Position numbers and translations under genes: made by a program
Notes under the pieces: model-generated
What the model saw: only the letters and a program-made list of their open reading frames with translations
Databases searched by the model: none
What the model was told of the DNA's origin: nothing
Part shown: one piece after another, positions 58,156 through 64,000 of the stretch
Numbering within the stretch: the first letter of the stretch is position 1
How the letters are laid out: each line of letters starts with the position of its first letter
Assembly: GCA_031411295.1 (NCBI GenBank)
Contig: JANOAV010000087.1
Location: 32,001 to 96,000, forward strand
DNA: 64,000 nt
Origin: Verrucomicrobiales bacterium
Lineage (GTDB): Bacteria > Verrucomicrobiota > Verrucomicrobiia > Verrucomicrobiales > V1-33
Direction of reading: 5' to 3'

Positions 58156-58210
58156 TTACCGATCAAGCGGCTGCTTGATTCAAATCCGCCGGGGCTCCGG
58201 CAAACGGTGA
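58156..58210 (+). promoter_or_regulatory. Candidate structured leader (3-way junction) of rplL
   Basis: TTACCG/CGGTGA closes hairpins ATCAAGC-GGCT-GCTTGAT and GCCGG-GGCT-CCGGC. Confidence 0.5.
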
Positions 58211-58225
58211 TACTGACCAAACAAC

Positions 58226-58597
58226 ATGGCTGATATATCCAAAATCGTAGAAGAATTGTCCGGACTCACTATTCTCCAAGCTTCCGAGCTGGTGAAAGCA
58301 CTCGAAGAAAAGTGGGGCGTGAGCGCTGCTGCTGCTGCTGGTCCCGCCGCTGGCGCTGGTCCTGCCGCTGCTGTCGAAGAGAAGACTGAGTTCGACGTTA
58401 TCCTGACGTCCGCTGGTCCGAACAAGATTGCCGTCATTAAGGAAGTCCGCGGTGCGATCGCAGGCTTGGGCTTGGCTGAAGCCAAGGCTCTCGTCGAATC
58501 CGCTCCTAAGGCCCTCAAGACCGGCATCCCCAAGGCCGAAGCCGAAGAGATCAAGAAGAAGATCGAAGCTTCGGGCGCTACTTGCGAAGTCAAGTAA
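58226..58597 (+). CDS. rplL: 50S ribosomal protein L7/L12
   Basis: [40 protein letters not shown]. Confidence 0.98.
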   Translation: MADISKIVEELSGLTILQASELVKALEEKWGVSAAAAAGPAAGAGPAAAVEEKTEFDVILTSAGPNKIAVIKEVRGAIAGLGLAEAKALVESAPKALKTGIPKAEAEEIKKKIEASGATCEVK

Positions 58598-58649
58598 GCC
58601 TCCTGGGTTTCCCAGAAATCACATCGGGATCGTCCCCCGAATCCCCCAC

Positions 58650-58681
58650 GAGGATGGCCGGCCTACCGGTCGGTCATCCTC
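58650..58681 (+). terminator. Stem-loop in the rplL-rpoB spacer (attenuator/processing candidate)
   Basis: GAGGATGGCCGGCC-tacc-GGTCGGTCATCCTC, paired with G-U on the + strand; no strong U tract. Confidence 0.45.
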
Positions 58682-58916
58682 AACGGGAAACCGGACGAAA
58701 TATGTTTCCAGAATGCCCCAAGTTTTTCCTGTTATTTTCCCGTCTGATTCCCCCATCCGAAGCCAAAATGCTTCGCTGGGGTCGTTTCGTCTCTAGTGAG
58801 TGCCCTTGAAAGTGGCTGGTAAGTGACGGTCCTACCAGCAGTGTTCAGCCTCCGCCCCACCGAATTTTCCCTCTATTCAATTTAGCCCCTGTCCAAACCC
58901 AAACCCCACACCGAAC

Positions 58917-61900
58917 ATGTCTGAGCGCATTAACTTTGGTAAATTAACGGAAGTCATCGAGCCACCCAATCTCATTGAGGTGCAGATCAATTCCTACAAG
59001 GAGTTCCTCCAGCAGGATGTCCCGCCGTCCAAGCGGATCATGGTCGGTCTGCAATCTGTTTTTAAAGAAGTCTTCCCGATCGATAGTTACGATCAAAAGA
59101 CCGTATTGAATTTCAGCCATTATGAAGTGGGTGAGCCCAAGCTGAGCGCCTATGAGGCCCAGCGCGAAGGTGAGACCTACAGTGCGCCACTCTACGTGAC
59201 CTTCACCCTGCGGGATGAAGCCGGCACCAAGGAAGAGCGCGTTTACATGGGCGAACTGCCCCTGATGACCGAGCGCGGCACCTTCGCCATCAATGGCGCT
59301 GAGCGGGTGGTCGTTTCCCAGTTGCACCGTTCCCCCGGGATTGCGTTTGAAGAAAACCAACACTTGAACGGCAAGATGCTCCATGGTTTCCGCATCATTC
59401 CTGACCGCGGATCGTGGTTGGAAGTGCAGTTCGACACCAATGACTTGCTCTACGTTTACCTCGACCGCCGCCGTCGTCGGCGTAAGTTCCTGGTCACTAC
59501 CTTCCTGCGTTGTATTGGTTTCCCGACCGATGCAGACATCATCAAGCAGTTCTACAAAGTCGAGGACATCAAGCTCAAAGCCGCCCTCGCTGACGAAGAA
59601 ATTTTGGCTTCCAAGATGATCTTCACGGACATCCTCGACGGTGAAAATGTCATTGCCAAGGCCTACGAGCCGATCACGCCCGCCGTGATTCAGCAGCTCA
59701 TCGACCTCGGTCACAAGAGCATTTCCGTGATCGAAGTGCCGCCGGATGACACGCTGATCAAGAGCTTGAAGAAAGATCCCGCCAAGGATGAAGAAGGGGC
59801 GTTGAAGGACATCTACAAGCGCCTGCGCCCTGGAGATCCACCAACGATCCCGAACGCCAAGGCGTTGCTGAAGCGGTTGTTCTTCGATCCCAAGAAATAT
59901 GATCTCACCCGCGTCGGCCGTTACAAGCTGAACCAAAAGCTCGGTCTCAAGGTGGATCAAGACATGCGGATTCTGACCAACGAAGATTTCCTCGCCTCCC
60001 TGCGCTACCTGCTCCGTCTGCGTCGCAACGAAGGCGTGTTGGATGATATCGATCACTTGGGTTCCCGCCGGGTGCGGGCCGTGGGTGAACTCCTCGCCAA
60101 CCAATGCCGTGTGGGCCTGAGCCGCACGGAGCGTCTGGTGAAAGAGCGCATGACCTTGTTCGATGTGAACATGGAAGGCATGACCCCGCAGAAGCTCATC
60201 AACCCCAAGGCCCTCAGTGCCGTGGTGCGTGACTTCTTCGGCCGCAGCCAGCTCTCCCAGTTCATGGATCAGATCAATCCGCTCGCGGAATTGACCCACA
60301 AACGTCGTCTGTCCGCCCTCGGGCCAGGCGGTCTGAATCGTGACCGTGCGGGCTTTGAAGTTCGTGACGTGCATCCTTCCCACTATGGCCGGATTTGCCC
60401 GATTGAGACTCCTGAAGGTCCAAACATTGGTCTGATCAACTCCATGTCCTCCTTCGCTCGCATTAACGAGTTCGGGTTCATCGAGACGCCTTACCGCAAG
60501 ATCATTGACGGTTTGGTCGGCAAGAAGATCGACTACTTGACTGCCGATCAGGAAGAAAATCACTACATCGCCCAAGCGAATAATCCGATTGGCGAAGACG
60601 GACATTTCACCAACAAACGCCTCACGGTGCGGTATCGTGGTGAGTTCCTCGAAATGGAACCCAAGGACGTGGCCTACATGGACGTGAGTCCGAAGCAGGT
60701 TATTTCCGTGGCTGCTTCGATGATTCCGTTCCTCGAACACGATGATGCTAACCGAGCCCTGATGGGATCGAACATGCAACGTCAGGGTGTGCCGCTGCTG
60801 ATGGCCGAAGCTCCGCTCGTGGGCACCGGCATCGAAGCCAAGGCCGCGCGCGACTCCAAAGCTGTCGCCATTTCCGAGTCCAAAGGCATCGTGGCCGCTT
60901 CCACTGCGGAAGTGATCATCGTTACCAAGGACGGGAAACTCCCTTGCACCGACAGCGAATTCCTCGGGAATCCGTTCTGCGTGAAACATAACCCAGCGAA
61001 GGAAATCTTCGTTTATCCGCTCCGCAAATTCATGCGCAGCAATGCCGGCACTTGCATCAACCAACGCCCCATCGTCCGTCGGGGCGACAAGGTGAAGGAA
61101 GGTCAAGTCATCGCTGACGGTCCTTGCACGGACAATGGCGAACTGGCTCTGGGTCGGAACGTGTTAGTCGCGTTCATGCCTTGGAATGGTTATAACTTCG
61201 AAGATGCTATCGCCATCTCCGCCAAGGTCGTGAAGGAAGACATCTACACCTCGATTCACATTGAGGAGTTCGAAGTCAGCGCTCGGGACACCAAGCTGGG
61301 ACCAGAAGAAATCACCCGGGATATTCCTAACGTGGGCGAAGAAGCCCTCAAGAACCTGGGTGCGGACGGCGTCGTGCGCATCGGGGCGGAAGTTCGTCCA
61401 GGCGATATTCTCGTCGGCAAGATCACCCCAAAATCTGAAACGGAGCTGGCTCCTGAAGAGCGCCTCCTGCGCGCCATCTTCGGTGAGAAAGCCGCTGACG
61501 TGAAAGACACTTCCCTCCGCGTGCCTTCGGGCTGTATGGGGATCGTCATGGATGTCCGCATGGCCAGCCGTAAAGATGCCAACAAAGAGCGCGTGAGTCA
61601 AGCTGAGCAACGCAAGCAGCTCAAGACCATCGAAGAAGAATACAAGACCAAGCGTGACGAATTGATCGACGCCCTGACGGAGAAACTCAGCGAGCATCTG
61701 CTCAATGAGAAGATCCCGCTGGACGTGGTGAACGCTCAGACTGGCGAAATCATTATCCCTGCCAACAAGAAGATCACCAAGACCCTCTTGAACAAAATGG
61801 CCCAGGAGCATGATCACATTGAGATCGATCCTAGCCCAGTGCGGAACAAGATCTTCGACATCACGGGTGCCTTTGAAACGAAGTTTGCCGAACTCGACGA

Positions 61901-62750
61901 CGAGCGGGAAATGAACTTGGACAAGGTGGAATCGGGCGACGAAGTCGAGTCCGGCATCATCAAGGAAGTGAAGGTCTTTATTGCCGCCAAGCGTAAACTC
62001 GCAGTCGGGGATAAGATGGCCGGACGTCACGGTAACAAGGGCGTTGTCGCCAAGATCGTGCCGGAAGAAGACATGCCCTTCCTCGAAGACGGAACCCCGG
62101 TTGATATCGTGCTGAACCCACTTGGCGTGCCGTCCCGGATGAACGTCGGACAGGTGTTGGAAACGCACTTAGGTGTGGCTGCCAAGGCCCTCGGATTCAA
62201 AGTCGCCACTCCGGTGTTCGACGGTATCCCTGAGTCCCGCATCATGGAATACCTCAAGGAAGCCAAGGAAACGACCGCCTGGAGCTGGATCGGCCTGAAC
62301 GGCAAATCCAAGTTGTATGACGGACGCACCGGGGACTCCTTCCACCAGGAGGTGGTTGTCGGCTACATCTACATGCTGAAGCTCGGACACTTGGTGGCCG
62401 ATAAGATTCACGCCCGTGCCGTGGGCCCCTACAGCCTCGTTACCCAGCAACCGCTCGGTGGTAAGGCCCAGTATGGTGGTCAGCGTTTCGGGGAAATGGA
62501 AGTGTGGGCGCTGGAAGCCTATGGTGCCGCTTATACGCTGCAGGAATTGCTCACCGTCAAATCCGACGATGTCCAAGGCCGCACGCGCATTTACGAATCC
62601 ATCGTCAAGGGGGACAACAACCTCGAAGCCGGCACCCCGGAATCCTTCAACGTGCTCATCAAGGAAATGCAGTCCCTCGGCCTCGACGTCAAAGTCGGTT
62701 CCAAGGCTGCTGAACAAGATGCCGCAATTTTACAAGCACTGGGTGCCTAG
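58917..62750 (+). CDS. rpoB: RNA polymerase beta subunit
   Basis: [59 protein letters not shown]. Confidence 0.99.
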   Translation: MSERINFGKLTEVIEPPNLIEVQINSYKEFLQQDVPPSKRIMVGLQSVFKEVFPIDSYDQKTVLNFSHYEVGEPKLSAYEAQREGETYSAPLYVTFTLRDEAGTKEERVYMGELPLMTERGTFAINGAERVVVSQLHRSPGIAFEENQHLNGKMLHGFRIIPDRGSWLEVQFDTNDLLYVYLDRRRRRRKFLVTTFLRCIGFPTDADIIKQFYKVEDIKLKAALADEEILASKMIFTDILDGENVIAKAYEPITPAVIQQLIDLGHKSISVIEVPPDDTLIKSLKKDPAKDEEGALKDIYKRLRPGDPPTIPNAKALLKRLFFDPKKYDLTRVGRYKLNQKLGLKVDQDMRILTNEDFLASLRYLLRLRRNEGVLDDIDHLGSRRVRAVGELLANQCRVGLSRTERLVKERMTLFDVNMEGMTPQKLINPKALSAVVRDFFGRSQLSQFMDQINPLAELTHKRRLSALGPGGLNRDRAGFEVRDVHPSHYGRICPIETPEGPNIGLINSMSSFARINEFGFIETPYRKIIDGLVGKKIDYLTADQEENHYIAQANNPIGEDGHFTNKRLTVRYRGEFLEMEPKDVAYMDVSPKQVISVAASMIPFLEHDDANRALMGSNMQRQGVPLLMAEAPLVGTGIEAKAARDSKAVAISESKGIVAASTAEVIIVTKDGKLPCTDSEFLGNPFCVKHNPAKEIFVYPLRKFMRSNAGTCINQRPIVRRGDKVKEGQVIADGPCTDNGELALGRNVLVAFMPWNGYNFEDAIAISAKVVKEDIYTSIHIEEFEVSARDTKLGPEEITRDIPNVGEEALKNLGADGVVRIGAEVRPGDILVGKITPKSETELAPEERLLRAIFGEKAADVKDTSLRVPSGCMGIVMDVRMASRKDANKERVSQAEQRKQLKTIEEEYKTKRDELIDALTEKLSEHLLNEKIPLDVVNAQTGEIIIPANKKITKTLLNKMAQEHDHIEIDPSPVRNKIFDITGAFETKFAELDDEREMNLDKVESGDEVESGIIKEVKVFIAAKRKLAVGDKMAGRHGNKGVVAKIVPEEDMPFLEDGTPVDIVLNPLGVPSRMNVGQVLETHLGVAAKALGFKVATPVFDGIPESRIMEYLKEAKETTAWSWIGLNGKSKLYDGRTGDSFHQEVVVGYIYMLKLGHLVADKIHARAVGPYSLVTQQPLGGKAQYGGQRFGEMEVWALEAYGAAYTLQELLTVKSDDVQGRTRIYESIVKGDNNLEAGTPESFNVLIKEMQSLGLDVKVGSKAAEQDAAILQALGA

Positions 62751-62823
62751 AACTCCAGATCGGTCCGATCTGAGTGATCGGGCTGATCCCCCATTCATCA
62801 ATCTTAAATCTTAATTCATCAAT

Positions 62824-64000
62824 ATGAGCACTGACACACACGTCCGCGAATTATTCGGTGGCGATGCCCGCCCCCAGGGCTTCGACCACGTCGCAATCAC
62901 CGTGGCCAATCCGGAAACCATCCGGTCCTGGTCCAAGGGCGAAGTCAAGAACCCGGAAACCATCAATTACCGCACGTTCAAACCCGAAAAAGGTGGTTTG
63001 TTCTGCGAGCGCATCTTCGGGCCCACGCGGGACTGGGAATGTTCCTGCGGTAAATACAAGCGCATCAAACACAAGGGCGTCGTCTGCGACCGTTGTGGCG
63101 TTGAAGTTACTCTGAGCCGCGTCCGTCGCGAGCGCATGGGCCACATCGAACTGGCCGTGCCTGTGACCCACATTTGGTTCTACAAATGTATGCCCAGCCG
63201 TCTCGGTCTGGCTCTGGACATGACCGCCCGCCAGTTGGAGCGCGTCATTTACTATGAAGATTATTTGGTGACCGACCCCAAGAAGTCCCCTCTCGTCAAA
63301 GGCCAACTGCTAACGGAAGTCGAATTCCGTGAAGCCGAAGAGCAATATGGCGAAGAAGGCTTCGTGGCCGGGATGGGTGCTGAAGCGGTGCAGAAATTGC
63401 TCGCCAGCGTCAACCTCCCCGAACTGGTCGTAGAGTTGCAAGAAGCCATGACCCGCACCCGCTCCAAGCAAGTGCGGAAGAAGCTGGCCAAACGCCTCAA
63501 GCTGGCGCAAGGTTTCCACAGCTCCAAGAGCCGTCCGGAATGGATGGTCATGGAAGTGCTCCCCGTCATCCCACCAGACCTTCGTCCGCTCGTGCCGCTG
63601 GAAGGTGGCCGTTTCGCGACTTCCGATTTGAACGACCTCTATCGTCGCGTCATCAACCGGAACAACCGTTTGAAGAACCTCCTGCAACTGAAGACGCCCG
63701 ACGTCATCATCCGCAACGAAAAGCGCATGCTCCAGGAAGCCGTCGATGCCCTCTTCGACAACGGTCGCCATGGCCGCGCTGTGACTGGTGCGGGCAATCG
63801 TCCGCTCAAGTCCCTGTCCGACATGCTCAAGGGCAAAGGTGGACGGTTCCGTCAGAACTTGCTCGGTAAACGCGTCGATTACTCTGGTCGTTCCGTTATT
63901 GTTATCGGACCTGAATTGAAACTCAGCCAATGCGGTCTGCCTAAGAAAATGGCGCTCGTGTTGTTTGAACCATTCATCATCCGTCGCTTGAAGGAACTGG
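62824..64000 (+). CDS. rpoC: RNA polymerase beta' subunit (3' truncated by window; absent from ORF track)
   Basis: Hand translation [11 protein letters not shown]...[32 protein letters not shown]...[20 protein letters not shown]. Confidence 0.98.
   Translation, partial: MSTDTHVRELFGGDARPQGFDHVAITVANPETIRSWSKGEVKNPETINYRTFKPEKGGLFCERIFGPTRDWECSCGKYKRIKHKGVVCDRCGVEVTLSRVRRERMGHIELAVPVTHIWFYKCMPSRLGLALDMTARQLERVIYYEDYLVTDPKKSPLVKGQLLTEVEFREAEEQYGEEGFVAGMGAEAVQKLLASVNLPELVVELQEAMTRTRSKQVRKKLAKRLKLAQGFHSSKSRPEWMVMEVLPVIPPDLRPLVPLEGGRFATSDLNDLYRRVINRNNRLKNLLQLKTPDVIIRNEKRMLQEAVDALFDNGRHGRAVTGAGNRPLKSLSDMLKGKGGRFRQNLLGKRVDYSGRSVIVIGPELKLSQCGLPKKMALVLFEPFIIRRLKEL

Noticed and set aside
58944..62717. 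Long antisense ORFs (720, 334, 182 aa) opposite rpoB
   Set aside because: Shadow ORFs expected from strong codon bias in a highly expressed gene; no protein-like features
62757..62790. GATCGGTCCGATC...GATCGGGCTGATC palindrome between rpoB and rpoC
   Set aside because: Short imperfect hairpin with no further support; probably a minor repeat

Overview
GC-rich bacterial chromosome segment, very probably Verrucomicrobiota (DUF1549/1553/1501 genes, TIGR03790 protein, Verrucomicrobia-type secreted-protein terminal domains). The first ~54.8 kb mixes housekeeping and accessory genes: DUF1553/DUF1501 genes, lspA-TIGR03790-DUF2851-AraC-GxxExxY cluster, kexin-like S8 protease, PII, SppA/CPBP/ThiL, vWA protein, a 2041-aa RHS/YD protein, a gspGHIJK-like pseudopilin cluster, a RAYT transposase, hscB/hscA-like genes and a small toxin-antitoxin/pseudogene islet. 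The right end is the core secE-nusG-rplK-rplA-rplJ-rplL-rpoB-rpoC operon (rpoC truncated by the window). The most unusual element is the RHS protein (28813-34938). It has about 80 Cys in the YD shell, no toxin tip or immunity gene, and Cys-poor insertions that read as concatenated short fragments of unrelated proteins (type IV pilin twice, tail-tube-like, WD40-like, GDPH), suggesting a possible bait/decoy cage. Other candidates are a promoter-backed minus-strand sRNA (~25790-25885), a structured twin-GGCU-loop leader before rplL, a 100-bp promoter plus signal-peptide duplication feeding an orphan gene, and several REP/REPIN families. All family calls come from motif recognition by eye; no database search was run.
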